A stretch of 64,000 nt of DNA, taken from assembly GCA_951406725.2 (NCBI GenBank), contig OX597836.1, positions 15,562,001 through 15,626,000 on the forward strand, in the 5' to 3' direction. Numbering within the stretch: the first letter of the stretch is position 1; each line of letters opens with the position of its first letter. The position numbers and the translations under genes are program-made. Positions 41,201 to 50,310 of this stretch are shown here, in pieces. The notes beneath the pieces are model-generated. The model had not been told where the DNA came from. It saw only the letters and a program-made list of their open reading frames with translations, and searched no databases. The DNA is from Octopus vulgaris. Its lineage: Eukaryota.

Positions 41201-43702
41201 CCTGGGATGAGGTGGTGAAGCATGTCCTTTGAACATTATACTTCTTTACTACCCACAAGGGGCTAAACACAGAGGGGACAAACAAGGACAGACAAACGGA
41301 TTAAGTCGATTACATCGACCCCAGTGCGTAACTGGTACTTAATTTATCGACCCCGAAAGGATGAAAGGCAAAGTCGACCTCGGCGGAATTTGAACTCAGA
41401 ACGTAACGGCAGATGAAATACGGCTACATATTTCGCCCGGTGTGCTAACGTTTCTGCCAGTTTGCCGCCTTTGATCATTAGGCCTCACCGAGGCAATGAC
41501 TAGTGACTGGGACCTTTGGAAATATGCTGTGCTTGAGAAGACTCGGCAAGCCAAATGAGACCATAACCTTGTGGCCTACACCTGTGGTGTAACCAGCCCA
41601 CTTATGCATACCTTTTCCTTCTTTGGACACAAAACTCTGCTTGCGAAGACCTGTTGAGGCAAGTGAAATCGAAATCGAAATCAAATTCGATGACTGGCAT
41701 CTGTGCCAGTGGAGCGCTAAGAGCACCATCCGAGCGTGATCGTTGCTAGAGCAGCAAACTGCTCAATGGTATAAGGACATTTCCCAAAATATTCACTCCT
41801 TCCTTTAACTGATTCCTCCATTAGTGGCGATAACAAGCATTGCTTTCCTATTTTTGAATTGGCAGCAAATTACCACAAGTTGAAGTTGAAGAGACAACCA
41901 GAAGATCGATACCTCATATATATCTCAGAAGAGCAATCCACAGGGAAAGCATGAATGAGAGAAACAGCAAGATACAGAGAGGAAAGAGAGTTGGAGCAAA
42001 GATGACACCTTGCTTGACACCATTCTCTCTCTCTCTCTCTCTCACACACGCATACAGAGTTATAATAATAATAACAATGAAATTATTGTATACAGTGCTC
42101 AGGTGCATCACAACTTGTCAGAAAGTGCATATAAAGTACATGCAGTAATGTAGAAATGTCTGGAAAGCGAATAATGTATGAGTCAGATACATGCTTGTGT
42201 GTGTATGGAGGGGAGAAAATCAAGTGTAGTGTTGGCGAATCTCAGGAAAGCATGGAAGTTTTGAAGGATGCAGTGCTCCGACAACTAACAACTGATGCCG
42301 GCAGTTTGTTCCATGCTTCAGCAACTCTCAGCGTGAAAAAATGTTTCCTGAAGTTTATGAGACAGATAAAGTATAAAGACATGCATAAACACACACATGC
42401 ATGTCTAAGTGTATGTATATCCATCCATCCATCCATCCATCCACCTATCTATCTGTCTGTCTGTCTGTCAATAATAAGTACTCAGTATAAGGGTACAGGA
42501 AAAGTACTCAGTAAGAAAGTACTGTCCAATAGTAGTTAATTTAGGGAGTGAAAGAAGAAATCTTTCTCTACCTGAGAAACTGATTCTGGTATTTCAGCTA
42601 AAATTAAAAAAAAAAAAAACTCTGTGTGTGTGTGTGTGTGTGTGTTTGTCCCCCATTACTTGACAACCGATGCTGGTTTACTCTTTTACTTGTTTCAGTC
42701 ATTTTGACTGCGGCCATGCTGGAGCACCGCCTTTAGTCGAGCAAATCAACCCCGTACTTATTCTTTTGTAAGCCCAGTACTTATTCTATCGGTCTCTTTT
42801 GCCGAACCGCTAAGTGACGGAGACATAAACACACCAGCATCGGTTGTCAAGCAATGCTAGGGGGACAAACACAGACACACAAACACACACATACGCATAT
42901 ATATATATATACATATATACGACAGGCTTCGTTCAGTTTCCGTCTACTAAATCCACTCACAAGGCATTGGTCGGCCCGGGGCTATAGTAGAAGACACTTG
43001 CCCAAGGTGTCACGCAGTGGGACTGAACCCGGAACCATGTGGTTTTATAAACAAGCTACTTACCACACAGCCACTCCTGCGCCTATTGTTTATGTTTTTA
43101 TAACATCACAGTTTGACAAACCAGAGCAATAGAATAAATGCCAAGTTTCAAATAAGTGCTGGGGTCAATTTGCTCAAGGTAAACCCTACAAGGGAGCACG
43201 CCAGCCCCAGCCGTGCTCTCAGTCAGGTGACTGAAACAAGTAGAAGAGTAAATAAGTAATCGACAAAAGTAAGAGCCAATGCCCTGCTAGAAATAGCAGC
43301 CAAATCTCTCTCGAATCACATGGGACAATCACTGTTAGATCACCCTTGATCATAGGTCTGCTTGATCAGAACTGATCTGAGGCTAAACAGTAACAGTCCC
43401 TTTCACGTACAGCTGATCCCCTATTCTTTAATAATGTCTTTGTATTTCTCTAGATTGACTTTCTCGAAGATGGCATATACATCACGGCGATGCTGCTGGA
43501 CAAAGCACCGGTGAAAGACCAAACTAAAGAACCAATTGAGGAAACTGGACTGGACGAAGCTTACAAGAATATTATTGACAGACTCAAGTACAAAGGTTTC
43601 CAAATCACTTTAACAGATTTGGAAAATAAGGTAATTATTGATTCATAACCAACTACTCTCTCTCTCTGTCTCTCTTTCTCTCACTCTCATTCTCTCCCTC
43701 TC

Positions 43703-43733
<31 letters not shown>

Positions 43734-43774
43734 CTCTCTTTCTCTCTCTCTCTTTCTCTCTTTCTTTCTCTCTT

Positions 43775-43838
<64 letters not shown>

Positions 43839-43918
43839 TTCTCTCTCTCTTCTCTCTTTCTCCCTCTCTCTTTCTCTCTCTCCCTCTCTCTTTCTCTCTC
43901 TCTCTGATTCTTTCTCTT

Positions 43919-43966
<48 letters not shown>

Positions 43967-43998
43967 ATTCTCTCTCTCTTTCTCTCTCAGTCTCTCTT

Positions 43999-44030
<32 letters not shown>

Positions 44031-47000
44031 CCTCTCTCTTTCTCTTCCTCTCTTTCTCGCTCTCTTTCTCTCTCTCTTTCTCTCTCTCTCTTTCTCTCTC
44101 TCTCTTTCTCTTTCTCCCCCCCTCTCTCTCTCTCTATATATATATCTTTTGTTTTATTGAGAGTTGAGTAATTTTTCTAGATAGGGGAGATAACCCAATG
44201 TTTTAATGGGGGTGAGATAATCAAAACATACCTGTCTTTGTGTCTGTGTTTCCCCCTCCCCCACCTATTGCTTGACAACCAATGTTGGTGTGTTTACATC
44301 CCCGTAACTTAACAGTCTGGCAACAGAGACCTATAGAATAAGGGGTCGATTTCTTCAACTAAAATCCTTTTGGAGGGTGGTGCTCCAGCATGGCTGTAGT
44401 CAAATGACCGAAACAAAAAAGAATAAAAGAATAAAGACATTTAACTTTTGTATTTTTTTTTTTTTTGCAGCAACATACTTTTGAAGCAACACTGGCAGAG
44501 CAACAGACCACAACAACAACAACAACAATAAAAGCAAAAACATCATCATCATCATCATCATTACCATCATTATACTCGTCATCCTCAATATCCCCAACAT
44601 CATCATCATCATCATCATCAAAGGCAAATGGTAGAACTGGATATACAACTGGTAAGTTTATATGAAATTCTGTTTGCTTTTTTTGGTTTTTTTTTTCATT
44701 AGGGTGGATGGAGAAAGAAGAGGGTAGAGAGGGTGAGAACGAGAGGAAGGATCGGTGGAGCGTCAGGTGAAATACATTGTTCTATTGTGTTCAAATTTGG
44801 GTTTAAATTTAAAATAAAGGTAAATGTTACTCTTTTGAGTCATGCTGACTCATAAGGACCAGTTTCATAGTTTCCATTTCCATGGTGTATAAAATCTTAC
44901 CTGGATGGAACTCGGGTCTATCGCAGGGTAACTAATTTTTGCCAGGTGAGTGGACCGGAGCAACGAGAAATCAAGTGTTTTGCTTAAGAACGCAACATGT
45001 CACCTGGTCCAGGAATCGAAACCACAATCTTACGATCATGAACCCAACACCCTAAACACTAAGCCACGTGACTAAGCCATGCTCAGACGTAGGGTCTTCC
45101 AGCAACCACCCTCATGGCCCAAGGCAACACTTCCTCTTCCAGGTATTTGATGTTGGTCGCCATGTTGAGTTTGAGGCTGTGTGGGAAGATGAATGGAAGC
45201 ATATCATTGCCATCTCTAGTGATCACAAGGTTGTTTATAGAAGACCAGCAGGAGTGGCTGTGTGGTAAGTAGCTTGTTTACCAACCACATGGTTCCGGGT
45301 TCAGTCCCACTGCGTGGCACCTTGGGCGAGTGTCTTCTACTATAGCCTCGGGCCGACCAAAGCCGTGTGAGTGGATTTGGTAGACGGAAACTGAAAGAAG
45401 CCCGTCGTATATATGTATATATATATGTATTTGTGTCTGTGTTTGTCCCCCTAGCATTACTTGACAACCGATGCTGGTGTGTTTATGTCCCCGTTACTTA
45501 GCGATTCGGCAAAAGAGACCGATAGAATAAGTACTGGGCTTACAAAAGAATAAGTCCCGGGTTTGAGTTGCTCGATTAAAGGCGGTGCTCCAGCATGGCC
45601 GCAGTCAAATGACTGAAACAAGTAAAAGAGAGTAAAGAGAGTCGCCCATGCATACCAGCCTCCCCACTCCATGTCACTGATGTTATCCAAGGGAAAAGCA
45701 AAGGGGCCGATACAGCTTGGCACCAGTGACATCACAACTCATTTCTACAGCTCAGTGAACAGGAGCAACGTGAAATAAAGTGTCTTGCTCAAGTGAAGGT
45801 ACATGGCTCAGTGGTTAGAGCGTCAAACTTATGACCATGAGGTTGTGGGTTCAAATCCCGGACCTGGCTGCGTGTTGTGTTCTTGAGCAAGACACTTTAT
45901 TTCACGTTGCTCCAGTTTACTCAGCTGTAGAAATGTACCCCTTATATGCCCATTAAATATGGTAATAATCTCCCAGTCTATCAAACATGGATAATCCAGA
46001 CCTGTTGACATAAAGAACTGGAAACAAACAACACTTGTATGAATGAGCCTTTTGTTTACAAAGATCACACAACAACCACACATACATCATCATCATCATC
46101 ATCATCGTTTAACGTCCGTTCTCCATGCTAGCATGGGTTGGACGGTTCGACCGGGGATCTGGGAAGCCAGAAGGCTGCACCAGGCTCCGGTCTTATCTGG
46201 CAAAGTTTCTACAGCTGGATGCCCTTCCTAACGCCAACCACTCCGTGAGTGTAGTGGGTGCTTTTACGTGCCACCTGCACTGGTGCCAGGCGAGGCTGGC
46301 ATCGGCCACGGTCGGATTGGTGCATTTTATGGAAGCCAGTCAAGGCGGCACTGGCTTCGGCTACGATTCGGATGGTGCTTTTTACGTGCCACCGACACGG
46401 AAGCCAGTCGAGGCGGCGCTGGCATCGGCCACAATTCGGATGATGCATTTTATGAAAGCCAGTCAAGGCGGCACTGGCTTCGGCTACGATTCAGATGGTG
46501 CTTTTTACGTGCCACCGACACGGAAGCCAGTCAAGGCGGCACTGGCATCGGCCACAATTCGGATGATGCATTTTATGGAAGCCAGTCGAGGCGGCACTGG
46601 CTTCAGCTACGATTCGGATGGTGCTTTTTACGTGCCACCGACACGGAAGCCAGTCGAGGCGGTGCTGGCATCGGCCACATTTCGGATAGTGCTTTTTACG
46701 TACCTCCACTCCCAGGGCCCTGGCATCTGCCAGGTGCTAGTCATAGGATTGGTTCAATATTCATCACAAAACTAATAACTGTAAGGTCAAAGATTATGGT
46801 CACGGAACATAGATGTGCTTTGGTCGGGATTGACCTGAGATTAAACAACAACAGCATGAACACATCACAAAATTATATTTGTTGACCTTTTACAAACGAG
46901 AGCAAAATAAATGTAAAGTCACAGACTGTATGGAACAAAGAAAAAAGAAACAAAAAAAACTTAATTATCTCAGTTAAATTAACATGTCACTACAGTTAAT

Positions 47001-47085
47001 GTGATGGGAAACAAGGTGGTCGGATGAAGGTGGTGGTGGTGGTATTGTTGGTGTGCTGGCAGTAGTAGTGATAGTGATGACTGCT

Positions 47086-47132
<47 letters not shown>

Positions 47133-47313
47133 GGTGGTGGTGGTGGTAGTAGTAGTAGTAGTTTGTGAAATCGTACAAAGTGAACAGTTACCTCAGCTCA
47201 CAACACTAATTGGATTTTGGTGCATCCTGGTCAGTTGTTGACCCTTTATAAATTTCCATCATGTAACGTAATTTGTACTTACTTCTGAAGGTATGTATAT
47301 ATTCGTACAAATA

Positions 47314-47344
<31 letters not shown>

Positions 47345-49272
47345 CAGGTCACTTTCGAGTGCTACTGGTAACATGTAACCCAGTACAACCTGTTGCATGG
47401 TCGGGTCGTCGGAGACTAAACCGGCAACCCCACCAAGCTTGCTTGGTGAGGAGGGTGTTTATTGGACACCCTGTGGGATGAAAAACAAAACCCGTCAAAG
47501 GGCGGAGGAACTCTTGAGAGTCAACGGCCATCCAATAAATGTCTTAAGGCTGTATCATGCGCGGAGACATAGAAATAATCGGACTGAATACCTGATCGCG
47601 CAGTTAAACCATTGGGAGTGAAGGACTCCTAGCCTTTGTTAGGGCATCCTTCTAGGAGAAGGTAACTTGGGTAACTAGGATAACTCCGACGTAAAACCTG
47701 CGGCTCAGTGGTTACCAACGATGTTGACTTGTTCTTCTTTTGGGATTATGGCTTCTGTTGCTTAGTGAGTGGGATTGACTCAGTGCACAGCCTTTCCTCA
47801 CTTTAAAAAAAATCTTCTTGCACAGGCATTGCACGATAACAACATTGATTAAGCTTTGTGCAATGGCCATACTCGATAACGAGGGGGCAGCCACCATGTA
47901 TGTATGTATGTATGTATTATTAGGTTGTCAAGAAAGTTCTTGTAAGCATGCTTGCACTACACCACTCTCCTCAATGAGTGATTAACCCTACAGCACTGAA
48001 ATACTTTTTTTAATTCACATTGTTTTAAATTAATTACACATTATCTTGTAGCTTTCAGATTTCGATGATGTGAGTGTTTGATTTTTCATAATGACATTGT
48101 AGGGTAGATGTGAGAGATCAGATATGTCCTGTTTGAACATAAAACATGTAGGATATCTGGGTTGGATTTGGCCAGTTTAAATGCTAGAGGGTTATGCCAA
48201 TATATAATGTAGTATTTCTTATACTGTCTGTTCTGGGTTACATTCCTTCTGTCACATCATCCATCATATGTTATTTATTATTTATTTCTATGCCTTGGAC
48301 TGTGTCAAATGTATGAAATATAGTAACTACCGTAAATCCTCGAGTATAATCCGCATTTTTTCCCCAAAATTTAACGGTCAAAATCCCTAATGCATACTAT
48401 ATACGAGGTTAAAAATGAAAAATATTTTCTAAGCAATGTCCGAGTCTCTATTTGCTGTCCAGCAATGTTTATTCAGACGCATTTTGTGATGTTGGACGCG
48501 AAAATACCTTAAGCTAAGCCTGAAAGCAATGAAGTCATAAAAGAATCATCCATAACTTGCAGTAAGCAACATTTATTAAACGTAATTACTGTTATTTCTT
48601 TATTTTCTACAAACAAAATGCACAAAAAAGCTACACGTTTGCATTATGTTATATATATACAATAATAATAAAGGACACTACCGTATACAGTTTTACAAAC
48701 GAAGGACGTTATATAGACCTCCTTGACTCAAGTTAGAGAAGGGGTGCGTATTATACGCAAGGTTTAGGTTTTTCAGAGGTACAACCCCCTAAAAATCCCC
48801 TGCATATTATACTCAAGGGCGGACTATACTTGAGGATTTATGGTACACAATATATGCTTTAGCACTGGGATGTGTATTTATTTACTGAAAGGCAAATATT
48901 TTACTCTGCTGAAACTCCGAGAATCCCATTTAATAAACCACATGATTAGATCTGTATGTTGCAAATTTTTCTGGGTGTCTCTTCATTTGCTATTTTCAGG
49001 TCAGCCCCAAGCAAATAAATTTTATAAATGTTTCCCCCAGCGTAGCAGAGCAAGGAAGCTTGTTAGTCCCTGATTATGTTAATATTGATAAATAACAACA
49101 CGAACACAAAGTAAATTGTCTGTTTCTTGTTCTGTCCACAGGTCAAATGATTGGACTGGGTATTGGCATGCTGTTGACGGGTGTCCTCTTGGCCACAATT
49201 AGTTTTATTCTCTACGGAAGACTGCGGCCAAAGAATCTTGCCGCAGGACTTTTGAGTAACGAAAATCTATAA
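6753..49272 (+). CDS. 15-exon gene (join of the exons listed below; 648 aa): uncharacterised type-I membrane glycoprotein with two ependymin/LolA-like repeats, SEA-like segment, S/T stalk and TM helix
   Basis: Exons 6753-6758, 9129-9207, 10633-10848, 11556-11798, 13023-13162, 18190-18306, 26093-26183, 27740-27906, 29717-29806, 30981-31055, 32040-32163, 34278-34387, 43454-43630, 44471-44651 and 49142-49272. All junctions are GT-AG with matching phases; total 1947 nt, no internal stop. Internal repeat RGINCKTW / RGINCDVW; N-glycosylation sequons NLT, NVS, NGT, NST. Domain names are inferred from motif resemblance. Confidence 0.85.
7782..9068 (+). repeat. Head-to-tail concatemer of ~7 SINE family B bodies (period 184-189 bp)
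   Basis: Units restart at gtatttc at 7954, 8138, 8327, 8515, 8701 and 8885. Confidence 0.92.
9129..9207 (+). CDS. Exon 2: signal peptide [26 protein letters not shown]
   Basis: ttcccag| acceptor; AAG|gtaagc donor (alternative donor at 9202, same phase); basic n-region plus hydrophobic h-region. Confidence 0.8.
9240..9596. repeat. Degenerate (CAC/CAT)n trinucleotide tract
   Basis: Direct reading. Confidence 0.9.
10069..10560 (-). mobile_element. 5'-truncated RTE-clade LINE with (TGA)n tail and 11-bp TSD
   Basis: ORF ...[46 protein letters not shown]...; TSD cttgtacaccc at 10058-10068 and 10561-10571. Confidence 0.88.
10633..10848 (+). CDS. Exon 3 ([18 protein letters not shown]...MKLKTR)
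   Basis: Polypyrimidine tract + ttcccag|; A|gtaagc donor; phase 1-1. Confidence 0.88.
11143..11480. repeat. (TATC)n/(TGTC)n and (TC)n microsatellites
   Basis: Direct reading. Confidence 0.95.
11556..11798 (+). CDS. Exon 4 ([10 protein letters not shown]...RGINCKTWS...NVSFT)
   Basis: ctttcag| acceptor; G|gtattt donor; phase 1-1. Confidence 0.88.
11810..12244 (-). mobile_element. SINE family A, full length
   Basis: Reverse complement of the family A consensus; tail lies about 11 nt from the exon 4 donor. Confidence 0.9.
12655..12945 (+). mobile_element. RTE-type reverse transcriptase fragment (decayed)
   Basis: [46 protein letters not shown] is a non-LTR RT motif. Confidence 0.9.
13023..13162 (+). 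CDS. Exon 5 ([18 protein letters not shown]...KDKFQ)
   Basis: ttttgcag| acceptor; CAG|gtacca donor; phase 1-0. Confidence 0.85.
13249..13663. mobile_element. MITE with 9-bp TSD (MULE-like)
   Basis: TIRs ggatcttttcagtttgaacggcag / ttgctgttcaaaccgaaaagatcc; TSD tatcttcat at 13240-13248 and 13664-13672; partial sister copy at ~62160-62243. Confidence 0.85.
14026..15051 (+). repeat. 60-bp minisatellite (~14 units) within an RTE 3' end
   Basis: gccagcctcgcctggcccccgtgccggtggcacgtaacaagcaccatccgatcgtggccgttt repeated, then the family tail and (TGA)n. Confidence 0.92.
15291..15548. repeat. (TATG/TA)n microsatellite
   Basis: Direct reading. Confidence 0.95.
16245..16750. repeat. (TATG)n microsatellite
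   Basis: Direct reading. Confidence 0.95.
18190..18306 (+). CDS. Exon 6 ([39 protein letters not shown])
   Basis: tttttcag| acceptor; |gtaagt donor; phase 0-0; starts the second repeat. Confidence 0.88.
18430..19465 (+). mobile_element. RTE-clade LINE 3' part with Cys-rich (PHD-like) insert, decayed, plus 3' UTR
   Basis: [24 protein letters not shown]...CGRC...[14 protein letters not shown]...[16 protein letters not shown]...RRLCWYGHV; contains stops and frameshifts; (TGA)n tail. Confidence 0.88.
19730..20428 (-). repeat. SINE family B concatemer (~4 units) with intact head
   Basis: Junction gacgaaatacctatttcttt repeated; the same junction as in 7782-9068. Confidence 0.9.
21180..21635 (-). 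mobile_element. SINE family A
   Basis: Matches the family consensus. Confidence 0.9.
23078..23363 (+). mobile_element. SINE family B dimer followed by (AGT/AGC/ATC)n tract
   Basis: Junction aaagaaatacatatttcatctgcc. Confidence 0.8.
24128..24465 (+). mobile_element. Helitron/Helentron-like non-autonomous element (tentative)
   Basis: Starts actagcagtatcgcccggcgttgctcggg (short GC hairpin), resembling DINE-1/Lep1-type termini. Confidence 0.4.
24500..24645 (-). mobile_element. RLE-domain non-LTR retrotransposon fragment (R4/Dong-like)
   Basis: [34 protein letters not shown]. Confidence 0.75.
24650..25450 (-). mobile_element. RTE LINE 3' end (ORF end plus diverged 60-bp unit array)
   Basis: cccaggaagacctgagatgaggtggtgaagcacg ORF end continuous with the hairpin units and (TGA)n tail. 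Confidence 0.8.
25520..26061 (-). mobile_element. SINE family A
   Basis: Matches the consensus; ~85-bp insertion in the internal TA tract. Confidence 0.88.
26093..26183 (+). CDS. Exon 7 ([30 protein letters not shown])
   Basis: ctcttacag| acceptor; CAG|gtaagg donor; phase 0-1. Confidence 0.88.
26290..26678 (-). mobile_element. SINE family A
   Basis: Matches the consensus. Confidence 0.9.
26764..27149. mobile_element. hAT (Charlie/Buster-like) MITE
   Basis: TIRs tagtggttctca / ttgagaaccacag; 8-bp TSD gtctagag / gtctagaa (nTCTAGAn). Confidence 0.8.
27740..27906 (+). CDS. Exon 8 ([12 protein letters not shown]...[11 protein letters not shown])
   Basis: ctgccag| acceptor after a CT tract; AAG|gtgagg donor; phase 1-0. 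Confidence 0.88.
27928..28430. repeat. 9-bp-based (cacatctgt) higher-order minisatellite
   Basis: Direct reading; all sub-units are multiples of 9. Confidence 0.92.
29717..29806 (+). CDS. Exon 9 ([30 protein letters not shown])
   Basis: tttcag| acceptor; |gtaatt donor; phase 0-0; paralogous to the exon 4 RGINC motif. Confidence 0.9.
29830..30242 (-). mobile_element. SINE family A
   Basis: Matches the consensus; tail about 20 nt after the exon 9 donor. Confidence 0.9.
30622..30944. repeat. (CAT/CAC)n trinucleotide tract
   Basis: Direct reading. Confidence 0.95.
30981..31055 (+). CDS. Exon 10 ([25 protein letters not shown])
   Basis: tttttag| acceptor; GAG|gtaagt donor; phase 0-0. Confidence 0.82.
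31200..31494 (-). mobile_element. SINE family A (3'-truncated)
   Basis: Matches the consensus head and middle. Confidence 0.82.
31625..32036. repeat. (TTA/TTTA)n AT-only tract
   Basis: Direct reading; abuts the exon 11 acceptor. Confidence 0.95.
32040..32163 (+). CDS. Exon 11 ([30 protein letters not shown]...FKVP)
   Basis: attcag| acceptor; A|gtaagt donor; phase 0-1. Confidence 0.87.
32518..32940. repeat. 23-bp minisatellite (ttggttgagtatcaaagatccaa, ~17 units)
   Basis: Direct reading. Confidence 0.93.
33133..33537 (+). mobile_element. SINE family A, full length
   Basis: ggcgcaggagtggctgtgtgg head to aagtaaaagagt tail. Confidence 0.9.
34278..34387 (+). CDS. Exon 12 ([37 protein letters not shown])
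   Basis: tttatctag| acceptor; CAG|gtaaga donor; phase 1-0. Confidence 0.85.
34450..34898. repeat. (CTTT/CCTT)n polypyrimidine microsatellite
   Basis: Direct reading. Confidence 0.95.
35122..35704. repeat. (GATA)n tract punctuated by six copies of ccaacagatggatatataaactgacagac
   Basis: Constant unit at ~35198, 35278, 35373, 35446, 35570 and 35665. Confidence 0.93.
36010..36790. repeat. (TACA)n, (TA)n and (CA)n compound microsatellite
   Basis: Direct reading. Confidence 0.95.
37238..38810 (-). mobile_element. Cluster of alternating SINE A copies and RTE 3' ends
   Basis: SINE A at 37238-37606 and 38246-38626; RTE 3' UTR at 37640-38075 and 38627-38810. Confidence 0.8.
38845..39058. mobile_element. 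Penelope-like fold-back relic with hammerhead ribozyme (+, 38959-39037)
   Basis: gct-CTGATGA-A-gctataggat...atcccatagc-a-GAAA-CAGCTG-TA-agt; diverged inverted copy at 38845-38944. Confidence 0.7.
39225..39619 (-). mobile_element. SINE family A
   Basis: Matches the consensus. Confidence 0.9.
40485..40862 (+). mobile_element. tRNA-derived SINE, family D
   Basis: A-box tggcccagtgg, B-box gtttcgattccc; flanking direct repeat acttggtgttc (40469-40479 / 40863-40873). Confidence 0.78.
41140..41760 (+). mobile_element. RTE LINE 3' end interrupted by a minus-strand SINE B (41240-41470)
   Basis: [12 protein letters not shown]-like ORF end resumes after the SINE and continues into 60-bp units. Confidence 0.8.
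42050..42355 (-). mobile_element. CR1/L2-type LINE 3' fragment
   Basis: [34 protein letters not shown], the typical FFxxRVxxxWNxLP motif. Confidence 0.8.
42678..43084 (-). mobile_element. SINE family A
   Basis: Matches the consensus. Confidence 0.9.
43454..43630 (+). CDS. Exon 13 ([19 protein letters not shown]...TDLENK)
   Basis: tttctctag| acceptor; AAG|gtaatt donor; phase 0-0. Confidence 0.87.
43656..44135. repeat. (TC)n polypyrimidine tract
   Basis: Direct reading. Confidence 0.95.
44471..44651 (+). CDS. Exon 14: Ser/Thr-rich stalk ([19 protein letters not shown]...GYTT)
   Basis: Poly-T + gcag| acceptor; G|gtaagt donor; phase 0-1. Confidence 0.85.
45248..45638 (+). mobile_element. SINE family A
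   Basis: Matches the consensus. Confidence 0.9.
46086..46700 (-). mobile_element. RTE 3' end with dimeric ~123-bp tandem array
   Basis: Alternating units cattttatggaagccagtcaaggcggcactggc / cttttttacgtgccaccgacacggaagccagtc. Confidence 0.85.
47344..47895 (+). mobile_element. Probable RTE-type 5' UTR-derived element in a (TATG)n site
   Basis: GC-rich and structured; contains gggcatccttctaggagaaggtaac, resembling RTE 5' UTR motifs; (TATG)n on both sides. Confidence 0.5.
48330..48843. mobile_element. Tc1/pogo-like MITE with TA TSD
   Basis: TIRs ccgtaaatcctcgagtataatccgc / gcggactatacttgaggatttatgg flanked by TA. Confidence 0.85.
49142..49272 (+). CDS. Exon 15: TM helix and cytoplasmic tail ([43 protein letters not shown])
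   Basis: ccacag| acceptor, phase 1; ~22-aa hydrophobic stretch followed by basic stop-transfer residues; TAA at 49270-49272. Confidence 0.88.
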
Positions 49273-49452
49273 TAGAGAAAAACAACATAATTACAATGAA
49301 AATGAAATGAGAGTTTGGTAACGGCTCACAGAGTAGGGCACCTCCCCCACCCCACCAACCAAAAACAAAAGACCCTTGTATTTTGAAGTCCTTTTTTATT
49401 CATTTGTATATTTTTCAACCTTTGCTCACAGGCAACATCAGCAAGACAACTG

Positions 49453-49633
49453 TGTAGTAGTAGTAGTAGCAGCAGCAGCAGTGGCAGCAGCAGTAGTAGT
49501 AGCAGTAGTAGTAGTGGTGGTGGTGGTGGTGGTGGTGGTAGTAGTAGTAGTAGTAGCAGCAGCAGCAGCAGTGGTGGTGGTGGTGGTAGTAGTAGTAGTA
49601 GTTGTAGTAGTAGTAGCAGCAGCAGCAGTAGTG

Positions 49634-49680
<47 letters not shown>

Positions 49681-49808
49681 GGTGGTTGTCGTCGTCGTAG
49701 TAGTAGTAGTGGTGGCGGCGGTGGTGGTAGTAGTGGTGGTGGTAGTAGTAGTTGTAGTAGTAGTAGAAGTAGTAGTAGTAGTAGTAGTAGAAGTAGTAGT
49801 AGTAGCTG
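49453..49808. repeat. (GTA/GTG/GCA)n trinucleotide tract, probably in the 3' UTR
   Basis: Direct reading. Confidence 0.93.
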
Positions 49809-50310
49809 CTAGTTTATATTACTGTTAAATTATTGTACAAGTAGCAAGCTGGCTTAATCGACAGAGCACCACACGAAACACCTCGTGGTGTTTGTTTCGG
49901 CTCTTTACCATCTGAGTTCAAATCCCACCCACCTCACGCTTGACTTGTATTTCATTCTCCTGTCCCTCGCTGGGTTTGAGAATAAAATACAGTGTCAGCA
50001 AAATCCTGGGGCTGAGGGTATTGACTAACACCGCCACCCCTAAAAAATGCCGGCTTTGTGCCAAAATTTGAAACCATCATTACTATTGTTATTAAGGTGG
50101 TGAGCTGGCAGAATCATTTGCATGCTGGGCAAAATGCTTAGTAACATTTTGTCTGTCCTTACATTCTGAGTTCAAATGCTGCTGAGGTCAGGGTTGATAA
50201 AATAAGTACCAGTTGAATACTGGGGTCAATATAATTGACTTACGCCCTTCCCCAAAACTGCTGCCCTTGTGGCATAATTTGAAACCATTATTATTATTAT
50301 TATTATTATT

